Assembly (NCBI GenBank): GCA_002712285.1
Contig: PATC01000014.1
Coordinates: forward strand, 10,402 to 66,768
Reading direction: 5' to 3'
Length of the DNA stretch: 56,367 bases
Source: Methanobacteriota archaeon
Lineage (GTDB): Archaea; Thermoplasmatota; Poseidoniia; Poseidoniales; Thalassarchaeaceae
Position numbers and translations under genes: made by a program. Position 1 is the first letter of the stretch. The number at the start of each line of letters is the position of its first letter. Below the pieces are notes generated by a model that was not told the origin of the DNA, made no database searches, and worked only from the letters and a program-made list of their open reading frames with translations. Below are positions 1 to 8,222 of this stretch, piece after piece.

Positions 1-1146
1 GAGGCAACCATCCGCACGGATGGAACCGTACAGAGAAAGGATGTGGTCGGAGCAATCTTCGGTCAAACGGAGGGACTACTCGGTGAGAGTTTGCAACTTA
101 GAGCAATGCAGCGTAAAGGACGCATTGGACACGTAGATGTTGAACTACAAAATCAACGAGGCAAAGTGCAAGGCATAATCCGTCTTCCGACAATGATTGA
201 TCAGGTTACTACTGCAGTTATTGCAGCGGCTCTAGAGACCATTGATCGTATTGGACCATGTCAGGCGAATATCAAAGTTCAGAAAATCGAAAATGTTCGA
301 TCTGCTAAGCGTACTCAAGTCGTCGATCGCGCCAAGAATCTCTTGCTTAATCTTGTGAATTCAGGTGCGGAGGAATCCAGCAGTATCCTTGATGAGGTCC
401 GTTCTGTGCTCACACTTGGAACCGAAACAAATCATCACGGAATGACTTGTGGGCCAAATGCAATTGAAAGTAATGCTCTAATCATTGTAGAAGGTCGAAA
501 TGATGTTCGAAATTTATTGAAACATGGGATTAAGAATGCAATTGCTACAATGGGAGCAGGGATTACTAACGAGCTTGTGGAACTCGCGAGTAAGAAGAGT
601 AATGTTACGGCATTCATGGATGGCGATCGCGGTGGTACCTTGCTTCTCGTTGAACTTGAAGGTGCATTGGGTAACAAATTGACTCATGTAGCACTAGCAC
701 CCGAGAGTCGTGAGGTGGAACACCTCGAAGGCAAAGTAATCACAAAATGCCTCAATCAGAAAACGGAAGCGAAGAAAATAATCGGCCGTTTGAAAGCAGA
801 TCTCGAAAAGCAGGATGATGACGTCCTTGGTAAGAAAGAAGATTTGGAACCGGTTGAAGTTCCGGATGCAGTTCGTGAGTGGAAGGAATCTCTCGAGGGT
901 CTTGACAAGAATAAGGCATGTTTTGTTCTTGAGAACGGTGAATTCAGTGAGCCAGTAGGAGGTTCTGGAATCTCAAAGGCAGCAGAAAATCTCTCTGGAG
1001 GTGCAATTGGTATGTTGTTCCAAGGGCGTGTAACGAAGCGCACTCTTGAAATTGCATCCACGGCAAGCATTCCACATATTCTAGCCTCATCTGTTGGAGA
1101 GGATACCATGGAAGGTGTCGAGGTTTTCGTTCTTAGCGATCTCTAA
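1..1146 (+). CDS. dnaG: Archaeal DnaG-type primase / exosome-associated protein (5' truncated by window)
   Basis: Frame is open from base 1 (EATIRTDGTVQRKDVVGAIFGQTEGLLG). Shows the archaeal DnaG N-terminal motif 'VVGAIFGQTEGLLG' and TOPRIM motifs 'IIVEGRNDVRNL' and 'AFMDGDRGG'. Confidence 0.95.
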   Translation, partial: EATIRTDGTVQRKDVVGAIFGQTEGLLGESLQLRAMQRKGRIGHVDVELQNQRGKVQGIIRLPTMIDQVTTAVIAAALETIDRIGPCQANIKVQKIENVRSAKRTQVVDRAKNLLLNLVNSGAEESSSILDEVRSVLTLGTETNHHGMTCGPNAIESNALIIVEGRNDVRNLLKHGIKNAIATMGAGITNELVELASKKSNVTAFMDGDRGGTLLLVELEGALGNKLTHVALAPESREVEHLEGKVITKCLNQKTEAKKIIGRLKADLEKQDDDVLGKKEDLEPVEVPDAVREWKESLEGLDKNKACFVLENGEFSEPVGGSGISKAAENLSGGAIGMLFQGRVTKRTLEIASTASIPHILASSVGEDTMEGVEVFVLSDL

Positions 1147-3414
1147 TCATGCGGCTCGAATTCCACCAGCGGTTCGGATTTTCTGACTTGCAAGAATGCC
1201 AATTTCATCAATAATTTCTTGAGTATTTTCTGGAAGTTTACTATCATCGAAACCAATAGGAAGTTGAATGCCTGGGCCTGGTACATCATCTAGGATATCC
1301 AATAGTCGATCCATTCGTTGGATGAGACCTCCATCACTATCCCAACAGCCACGGTGCTCACTTCTCACACGAACCCATTGATCGATATTATCCAGTAAAG
1401 GTTCCAATTCAATGGCAACCTCGGTCCATTCAGTTGGTTTGAATTTAGATTCAATCAATGGAATTAATCGAAGAAGACGTTGAATTCTAAGGTCACGACT
1501 TCGCGAGGATTCTACAATTAACGGGTCTTTTCCATTAATGCCAAGACGTGCCCTCAGATACAATTCTTCTTTGCTTTCAATGACGTCTTTTTCTTCAACG
1601 TAAGGTAATTGATCCACATCCTCAGCATCGATATTTTGGGTAGGCTCAACCGTTTCTTTCAACTCAATTTCTTGGACTTCTTCATCTACATTTACTGTAT
1701 TCTCTATCAGATTTTTTGATTCAATCATCATCATATTATCTGTTGTAGGTAAGTGTAGAGGTTTCTCCCAAGTTGACTCTTTTGTCTGCATATTGTAGTA
1801 GAATAGTTTGCCATCAGCAGCAGTCTTTTCTATCCAGACGTCATTGAAATCTTCTTTTTCAGATGATTCTTCTTTTCTTTCTAAATTCACATCTTCGTGT
1901 TTAATTTGTTTTTTGAACCACTCCTGCTCAAGTATTGAATTTCGAAGTTCTTCCGCTTCTTGCCGTTCTTTCTTCCGATTCCGAGTAATTTCTGCGTTTG
2001 CAATCCGCTTTTCAAACTCATCCAATGTCCATTCGTTGCATCCTTGGATGTTCATGCTGAGGGTTTCTGCTCTTGAGATCAACATGGAACGATGTCGTGT
2101 TTGTCGGTGTTTGAGACGACCAATTTCTGTGGATATTCCATCAAGGCTACTCTCTACCAACCATTCTCTTTGGATTGTAGAACGAATAGTCTCAATACGC
2201 ACTTTATCCATTGATTCATCAAGAGAATCTAGGGACTCAAGAAGTTCTTTTGCTAGAGATCCAGCACTTCGTTTTTGTCGCACATTTTCGTCAAGAGCAT
2301 GAGCCTCTATCCCGACGAAATTCTGAACATTTAGCCCTAATGAATCCCATTCACTAATCTGTTCTTTCGCCTCTTGTTCAATTTGTGAAATTCGACGTTC
2401 CCACGCATGTACTTCTTTGATTAATTCCTCAGAATAATCACCACGATCGATGATATCAAAGTTTAGAGATACACCGAGATCGCGAAGACGTTGAGAAGCA
2501 TCTAATGCACTCTGCCAATCGTTTTCTAATTCTTCGAGATTGACTTCAATTGAAGCAAGGTCCACCACTGATAGAGGGTTATCGTAAGGTAGCAGAAGCC
2601 CCCGTTCTCTCCATTCAAGGACTTTCTTTTTGATGATTACATCTTGTTCATTGATGTCAAGAATCTCGCGGTAAACAATCTCCTCAAGTTGTTTCACTGC
2701 ATCTATTGCTGGTTCTTTCCTTATTGTCTGAATTTCTTTCATTAGTGCCTCAGCCTTTGCTGCACGCCGAATTACAAACATTCTGATTTGATTTTCAATA
2801 TCCTCAAGTTGGTCTTCGAGATGTAGCCACTGATTTGCCTCTTCAAATCGCTCAATTAGATTAGATCCTTCACTAAATCGAATGGTCCAGCCTTTCTGTT
2901 GAAGTATACTTACGAGATCTTGTAGGACCCCCTCTCTTTCTCTCTGTTTTGCTTCGAGCGCCTCGATGTATCGTCGGATTGAATCTCTCGGTGCGACTTC
3001 CTCAATTGCTCGTACCAGATTGATTACATCTTCGCCTCCTCCTCGATCCAAGGTATTCAGGCGTCTCATCCAAGCTTGAAGTTCAACAGTTCGCCCCTCC
3101 ATAGACCAAAGTTCTCGAGCACGATCTGCAGCAAGAGTCCAGGGAGCAATACTTCGCAGATGTGTCATGTATTTGTCTCTGATTTCATCAACATCTTCTG
3201 GATGATTCAGTAGATGTGCTTGCATAACTGTCGGGATTTCGTTCATGATACTTGGAGCATCATCCAATAGTGTGATGAGTTCAACAGCTTCTTGGAGCCG
3301 GTGTTCTGCAGAAGCGACAGATTCACTGTTTGGTTCAGTCCCGAACAGAGCATCAACTGCCACTGAATCGAAGCCCTGTTTTATCCATCGTTCTCGATGA
3401 GCACCCCAGTCCAT
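1147..3414 (-). CDS. Large acidic coiled-coil protein containing one WW domain
   Basis: Long E/L/R-rich helical heptad-like sequence. Internal 'VWIEKTAADGKLFYYNMQTKESTWEKP' (nt ~1759-1845) fits the WW consensus W-x21-W-x2-P with the central FYY. Start placed at MDWG (3414); the track starts at 3435. Confidence 0.75.
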   Translation of the reverse strand: MDWGAHRERWIKQGFDSVAVDALFGTEPNSESVASAEHRLQEAVELITLLDDAPSIMNEIPTVMQAHLLNHPEDVDEIRDKYMTHLRSIAPWTLAADRARELWSMEGRTVELQAWMRRLNTLDRGGGEDVINLVRAIEEVAPRDSIRRYIEALEAKQREREGVLQDLVSILQQKGWTIRFSEGSNLIERFEEANQWLHLEDQLEDIENQIRMFVIRRAAKAEALMKEIQTIRKEPAIDAVKQLEEIVYREILDINEQDVIIKKKVLEWRERGLLLPYDNPLSVVDLASIEVNLEELENDWQSALDASQRLRDLGVSLNFDIIDRGDYSEELIKEVHAWERRISQIEQEAKEQISEWDSLGLNVQNFVGIEAHALDENVRQKRSAGSLAKELLESLDSLDESMDKVRIETIRSTIQREWLVESSLDGISTEIGRLKHRQTRHRSMLISRAETLSMNIQGCNEWTLDEFEKRIANAEITRNRKKERQEAEELRNSILEQEWFKKQIKHEDVNLERKEESSEKEDFNDVWIEKTAADGKLFYYNMQTKESTWEKPLHLPTTDNMMMIESKNLIENTVNVDEEVQEIELKETVEPTQNIDAEDVDQLPYVEEKDVIESKEELYLRARLGINGKDPLIVESSRSRDLRIQRLLRLIPLIESKFKPTEWTEVAIELEPLLDNIDQWVRVRSEHRGCWDSDGGLIQRMDRLLDILDDVPGPGIQLPIGFDDSKLPENTQEIIDEIGILASQKIRTAGGIRAA

Positions 3415-3585
3415 GCCATCACCGATAGACCTCATTCGGTGTCATGGGCCTTCAAGCATCTGTTGATTCGAGTTCTAAGCGGTCGAAGACTACCATTCTG
3501 GCTAATTGCCGAACACCTCCGAATCGCTATCTTCACTATATTCTGTAGGGAAGCGGCTAAGTGTGCATGTATTTGCATACGCTCG

Positions 3586-5850
3586 ATGGAGCCTCTCACG
3601 AGTGCATTGATTGCCCTTCTTGCTTTTACAATAGCAGGTGCCACTTATGTTATCCAGAAGATGAATCGGCGCCTTCTTGAGATGGAAGATATCTCAACTG
3701 AATCTTCTATGGCAATTGAACACGATGTTTCCATTCTCAATGAGGCTTTACATGGCTTATTGGATGAGACAGATGCAAGCCGTCAGTTGAATGGTTCCGA
3801 CGCCCTTCTCAAGGCGAAACGCGCCTTAGCCGCTATAGATCCTACATCAGATGATTCCGTATTGGAAATCTCTTCTCACTTGATTCCTATTCTTGATCGC
3901 CTCCATCTTGAGGATACGGTTTCTGAATCATATCGTCGTTTAGATGGGAATCGAAGAGATCTCCTCAGAGATTTAGTATCAGTCGCCTCTATGAATTCAT
4001 TTAGTCCCGCGATGATGTTCGGAACCAATGATCTCATGCTTCGTACTTTTGCTGAGGCTGCCCTAATCCTTGGCGAACGTGATATTGCAATTTCAGCACT
4101 AATTGAATCTGAACGTTTAGCGCCACGTAACGAATCTACACTGAGACTTCTTGTCAAACTAGCACGAGAAAGTGGCGACGATGTGGCACTGAAGGTACGT
4201 CTAGATCGATTATTGGAAATCCACCCCGATGATGAAACACTTCTTCGAGAACGCGCTCATGTTCTATCAAGAATGGGTGACCTTTCCGCGGAACGCGACT
4301 CCCGTCGTCTTGAGGCACTAGGTGTGCAAACTGCCTCTGATCGTGCTCTTCTAGCTGGTTTACGCGAGCGTGCTGGTGACCCTGCCACCGCTCTTGAAGA
4401 GGCAGAAGCGGCCCTCAAAGAGGACCCATTGAATCTTGATGCTCTTTTTTTGAAGGCACGCTTACATCATATTCGTGGCGAAAATACACGTTCTTTGCAG
4501 GCTGTTGAAGCATTACTAGATTTAGACCGTCAGAATGGTCCGGGTTGGACGTTACGTGCTCGTATCCTTGAGCTTGAAGCAGAACATTTGGATGAGGCCT
4601 TGAAATCAATCATTCATGCTGTAGCGATTGGTGAGCCTGAATGGGTGTTAAAGGCAGATCTTTTGATGCGTTCTAATCGTCTAGAAGATGCTCTTGAATC
4701 TCTCTATTCAGTGCTTGAAAAAGATCCTACAAATGGGATAGTTAGAGCCTATCTTTCATTATTGAAGATGAGTGAGGGAGAGATAGAAGAATCCTCAACT
4801 CTTCTCCATGAAGCACCTCAATCTGCGTGGGAAGTAGCAGATATGCACATCCAACGTGGCCGTTTGATATTGTACGCTGCCGATAGATCTAGAGATGGTA
4901 CTGGAGTACATGATCGCGGCCTCATACGTGGTGCCCTTTCCTTCTTTGATTCAGCACTAGAGCGTGACCGAGAGAATGCTTTAGCCTGGTTAGGTAAAGG
5001 TCGAACTCAACGTCAACTTGGTGAAATTCAGGAAGCTGAAGATTGTCTAGTTCGTGCGGGGCGATTAGATCCTAATGAGACTATGATTAGAGTAGAACTT
5101 GCCCTCCTTCGAATCGATCAGGATAGATTGCAGGATGCAGAACGCATAATCCACGAGGCAGAATCTGCCCTCAATGATACGAACGTTCTCCATTATGTGA
5201 AGGGCTTAATCGCTGCTGGGCGAGGTAATAACGATGAAGCAAGGCGAAGATTCGACGATGTCTTGGTTCGAGATCCATCTCATGTTCGTGCTCGACTCAA
5301 TCGAGCAACTACAGCAATGTTGGTTGGAGATTATCCTGTTGCTCTCGAAGACAGCGAACGTCTACTGGATGTACATTCTGAACTCGATTTAGCACGCATT
5401 ATTCGAGCGGAGGCTTTGATGGGTTTGAAGCAGTGGGACTGGGCTGAAATTGCGCTACAAGAAATACTCGATCGTAAGCCTCAGCATGTCCCAGCATTGA
5501 TTTCCATGGGGATAACACTCTGCGCATTGGATAGAGCCGAAGAAGCGCTTTCACCATTAGATGAGGCTATTCGCTTGAGCCCAGATAACCCGGATGCATG
5601 GCACATGCGCGCACAATTCTACATCGAGCAAGGAACGTTATCTGCAGCTCTTTCAGATCTTGAAGCTGCAATTCGAGTTGATGCCCGACATATCGATTCT
5701 TTACTTCATGCTGCGGCAATTCTCCACGAAACAGGTCCTTCAGACAAGGCAGAACTTGCCTGGCGGCGTGTTCTCGATATTGAGCCCACTCACCGTCTCG
5801 CGAGAACTAGACTTACCGAGATTGAAAACTCTTCAATCAAGACAAGATAG
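3586..5850 (+). CDS. Membrane-anchored multi-TPR protein
   Basis: N-terminal hydrophobic helix 'LTSALIALLAFTIAGATYVI' follows ATG 3586. Many TPR-like units follow (ALFLKARL..., AWLGKGRTQRQLGEIQEAEDCL, AWHMRAQFYIEQG). The track extension from 3397 overlaps the opposite gene and is unlikely. Confidence 0.85.
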   Translation: MEPLTSALIALLAFTIAGATYVIQKMNRRLLEMEDISTESSMAIEHDVSILNEALHGLLDETDASRQLNGSDALLKAKRALAAIDPTSDDSVLEISSHLIPILDRLHLEDTVSESYRRLDGNRRDLLRDLVSVASMNSFSPAMMFGTNDLMLRTFAEAALILGERDIAISALIESERLAPRNESTLRLLVKLARESGDDVALKVRLDRLLEIHPDDETLLRERAHVLSRMGDLSAERDSRRLEALGVQTASDRALLAGLRERAGDPATALEEAEAALKEDPLNLDALFLKARLHHIRGENTRSLQAVEALLDLDRQNGPGWTLRARILELEAEHLDEALKSIIHAVAIGEPEWVLKADLLMRSNRLEDALESLYSVLEKDPTNGIVRAYLSLLKMSEGEIEESSTLLHEAPQSAWEVADMHIQRGRLILYAADRSRDGTGVHDRGLIRGALSFFDSALERDRENALAWLGKGRTQRQLGEIQEAEDCLVRAGRLDPNETMIRVELALLRIDQDRLQDAERIIHEAESALNDTNVLHYVKGLIAAGRGNNDEARRRFDDVLVRDPSHVRARLNRATTAMLVGDYPVALEDSERLLDVHSELDLARIIRAEALMGLKQWDWAEIALQEILDRKPQHVPALISMGITLCALDRAEEALSPLDEAIRLSPDNPDAWHMRAQFYIEQGTLSAALSDLEAAIRVDARHIDSLLHAAAILHETGPSDKAELAWRRVLDIEPTHRLARTRLTEIENSSIKTR

Positions 5851-5887
5851 CCGTCACATTCAATGACGAAATTCTGCTCCTAGGTCC

Positions 5888-6439
5888 ATGACCTCCGTAT
5901 CGGGCTTAGAACCAGGTAACAAAGCTGCAGATTTTACTCTTAAGAATGCTAATTTGAATGTCGGACCGGATACTATGAATCTTGCAGATATTATTGGGGA
6001 TTTAGGCGGCATTATTGTATTCACTTGCAACCATTGTCCATATGTTGTTGCGTCTGAATCACGTATTGAGAGCATGGCACAAAGATGTAACTTAGCAGGT
6101 CTTGGATTCGTAGGAATCAATTCCAATGATCCAATTGTATATGCAAACGATGATTGGGACCATATGGTCGATCGTGCAAACTCGATGAGTTATCCATATC
6201 TTCACGACCCTGAACAAACTATTGCTCACGCTTACGGAGCACAGAGGACACCCGAATTCTATCTTATCGATTCGTCATTTACAATCATCTATCGGGGTAG
6301 AATGGATGATTCTCCCCGAGATCCTAACGCTGCCTCTACGAGTGAACTTGATGATGCTGTTACAGCTCTTGTAACCGGTAATGCTGTAAAGGTCCCACGA
6401 ACCGAATCGATAGGCTGCTCGGTTAAGTGGAAGAATTGA
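5888..6439 (+). CDS. Thioredoxin-fold AhpC/TSA-family redoxin
   Basis: Motifs 'GNKAADFTL', CxxC 'FTCNHCPYV', 'AYGAQRTPEFYLID', 'YRGRMDD' and C-terminal 'GCSVKW'. Confidence 0.9.
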   Translation: MTSVSGLEPGNKAADFTLKNANLNVGPDTMNLADIIGDLGGIIVFTCNHCPYVVASESRIESMAQRCNLAGLGFVGINSNDPIVYANDDWDHMVDRANSMSYPYLHDPEQTIAHAYGAQRTPEFYLIDSSFTIIYRGRMDDSPRDPNAASTSELDDAVTALVTGNAVKVPRTESIGCSVKWKN

Positions 6440-6446
6440 TTTCCAA

Positions 6447-6549
6447 CTTACTGAAAAGTTCTGTAGGAACAATCCAGTAAGCCGAGGGTTCCGGAATCAA
6501 TCCGGCTGGGGCCCAAAGGGCGGTAAGTTTAGTCTGATGTTCAGACTAA
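6447..6549. other. Cluster of hairpins at and downstream of the Ubl-gene stop (structured 3' region, terminator or ncRNA candidate)
   Basis: Inverted repeats: cttactg/cagtaag (6447-6481, inner gttc/gaac), ccgga/tccgg (6491-6505), gccc/gggc (6511-6521), and a perfect 9-bp ttagtctga/tcagactaa (6529-6549) that includes the stop codon. Confidence 0.4.
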
Positions 6550-6759
6550 TCCTGCGACCATATGGCGAGTCACGATAACTTCAGCATTGTCTGAGATGTC
6601 GATGTTTGCGAGGGCATCGCGACGAACCATGCGGTTGTCTACGAAGACCCAGCGCTCGCCATCCAGAGCATTGACTTCGGCACGGAGGGCATCCGCATCG
6701 AGGTTCGCTAGGACCGTGTCGCCAGTAAGGTCGTGGATCTTGAGAGTAATGTTGCTCAT
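6541..6759 (-). CDS. Small ubiquitin-like (beta-grasp, ThiS/MoaD/SAMP-like) protein, 72 aa, ending ...HMVAG-LV
   Basis: SD GGAGG lies upstream of ATG 6759. Pattern is N-terminal strand 'ITLKIHDLTGDT', helix, 'WVFVDNRMV', final strand 'AEVIVTRHMVAG', matching beta-grasp order. GC- and C-ending codon bias is visibly higher than in neighbours. E1 and JAB genes lie within 3 kb on the same strand. Confidence 0.7.
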   Translation of the reverse strand: MSNITLKIHDLTGDTVLANLDADALRAEVNALDGERWVFVDNRMVRRDALANIDISDNAEVIVTRHMVAGLV

Positions 6760-6849
6760 TCGATCTTCCTCCATTGTTGACGTCATTCATGTTCGTTCGT
6801 TTAGCGTCTTTGAGACAATAGTAGCTTGTATTGGGGGTATATCAATCAT

Positions 6850-8061
6850 TCAAGATTCGATAACATTGGCAACTAGACGATTGATGAGACCACCGAACTT
6901 GTCAGTGACTGTATTGACTCGTTGTCTACTCACGCAGAGTGCGGAACTAATTTTTTTGAACACACGCTGACGGCCCTTGTGTTTGTTCATTCGGTCACAG
7001 AAACTAGCGGCAACAGCCCTCATGTTCTCGCCTGAGAGGCCACGATCTTTGGAAGCAACTCGCATCAATCCTCCAAGAAGTCTAGTGAGACGTCGTCCTT
7101 CTACAGAACCATGAATCCTCTCCATCGAAGGACCGACACTTTCGAGGACGGCCATAATCTCTGCTTCAGTCCACCGTGGCCGACCCATTATTTGAGCAGC
7201 ATCGAAATTCAGAATACTAGACGTTCTCTTTAGCTTCATTTCTGCACTCAGAATACTTTTGAGGTAATTCAAGATATTTTTCTTTTCAGTATGGATTACT
7301 TTCGGACTAAGACCGAATTCTTTGGCGACACGTTCAACTGAGAATGGCCTACCAAGCATTCGTGCAGCAATTGACATTGCAGCTATTGCAGCAACTGTTG
7401 CCGATTCACCCTTGTTGTTTCGAATGATAGTCTTTTGATCGCCTTCTTTTTTGGTGAGAGCTTGAAGGTGGCGGACTTGATTCAGTGGATAAGAAGGCTT
7501 TCTTCCGCCATTGTTATCCATCATTTTCTTGATGAGTGCGTAGTCAGAAGAATGCCGATTTTCTGACACAAGGTCATGGGTATCGAGTAGGATGCAATTA
7601 GCAGTATCTTTTACCGAAGGCTCTCCTGGCATTCGGGAACTTTCAATGATACGTTGTGCATTGCGTCGTAGGGTCGGACGTTCCGCCAATTCATTTCGTT
7701 GAATAGTTAACAAGCGTTTGTGGTAAGAACGTGCTGAAGGTGATGCACTACCGTTTATCGGGCCATTCCAAGTTGCATATGGACAACTACCAAGCCGATT
7801 CTTGTCACTACGTGCATAGATATCTCGACCACGATTACCAAGGTCACGGCCTATGTTTTCAATATCCGAAACACCTTGAAACACATCACAGTCGTCAAGT
7901 ACATTCGAACGAATAACAATACCATCTACGGCGCAGACGATCTCTCCACGCACTGAATCTTCGATAAATTTAGACCCGCCACATTCTGGACAGATGTCTT
8001 CATCCTTAGTGGGTGCACTCTGTTCCTCCTCATTCCAACTATCATATTGCTCCTCTACTAT
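6850..8061 (-). CDS. Divergent transcription factor B (TFB/TFIIB) paralog
   Basis: Reading upstream of the track's GTG (7953), the frame continues as 'EDICPECGGSKFIEDSVRGEIVCAVDGIVI', a TFIIB Zn ribbon with the fourth ligand Asp. Two cyclin-repeat HTH segments follow ('AIAAMSIAARMLGRPFSVERVAKEFGLSPKVI', 'KISSALCVSRQRVN'). No in-frame ATG exists before the stop at 8104-8106; ATA at 8061 sits 5 nt after SD GGAGGTG. The start position is uncertain. Confidence 0.75.
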   Translation of the reverse strand: MVEEQYDSWNEEEQSAPTKDEDICPECGGSKFIEDSVRGEIVCAVDGIVIRSNVLDDCDVFQGVSDIENIGRDLGNRGRDIYARSDKNRLGSCPYATWNGPINGSASPSARSYHKRLLTIQRNELAERPTLRRNAQRIIESSRMPGEPSVKDTANCILLDTHDLVSENRHSSDYALIKKMMDNNGGRKPSYPLNQVRHLQALTKKEGDQKTIIRNNKGESATVAAIAAMSIAARMLGRPFSVERVAKEFGLSPKVIHTEKKNILNYLKSILSAEMKLKRTSSILNFDAAQIMGRPRWTEAEIMAVLESVGPSMERIHGSVEGRRLTRLLGGLMRVASKDRGLSGENMRAVAASFCDRMNKHKGRQRVFKKISSALCVSRQRVNTVTDKFGGLINRLVANVIES

Positions 8062-8102
8062 ACGAACACCTCCAACGCGGACTTTTTCATTTATATGATA
8101 TA

Positions 8103-8121
8103 GTTATTAAACCTTTTTCTT
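8103..8121 (-). promoter_or_regulatory. Putative BRE+TATA promoter for the TFB paralog
   Basis: Minus strand reads AAGAAAAAGG-TTTAATAA-C, a purine-rich BRE followed by a TATA box, in a very AT-rich 130-bp gap, about 40 nt upstream of the inferred start. Confidence 0.55.
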
Positions 8122-8222
8122 AAAACTACTATCATAGCACATACTTTTACAGTTATTACTCAATTCAGAGTAAATTTGTGCTAACAAGTGTTTATGGTAT
8201 TCAGGGTATTTAAATCAATGAT

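Noticed and set aside
1808-2302. 164-aa Ser-rich antisense ORF, and similar short overlapping ORFs throughout the track
   Set aside because: These lie opposite or inside well-supported genes, have shadow-like composition and no recognisable motifs.
8058-8090. 10-codon ORF MKKSALEVFV as a programmed frameshift entry into the TFB frame
   Set aside because: Its ATG is only about 14 nt from the predicted TATA box, so probably upstream of the TSS, and no stimulatory structure is evident. The SD-ATA explanation is simpler.
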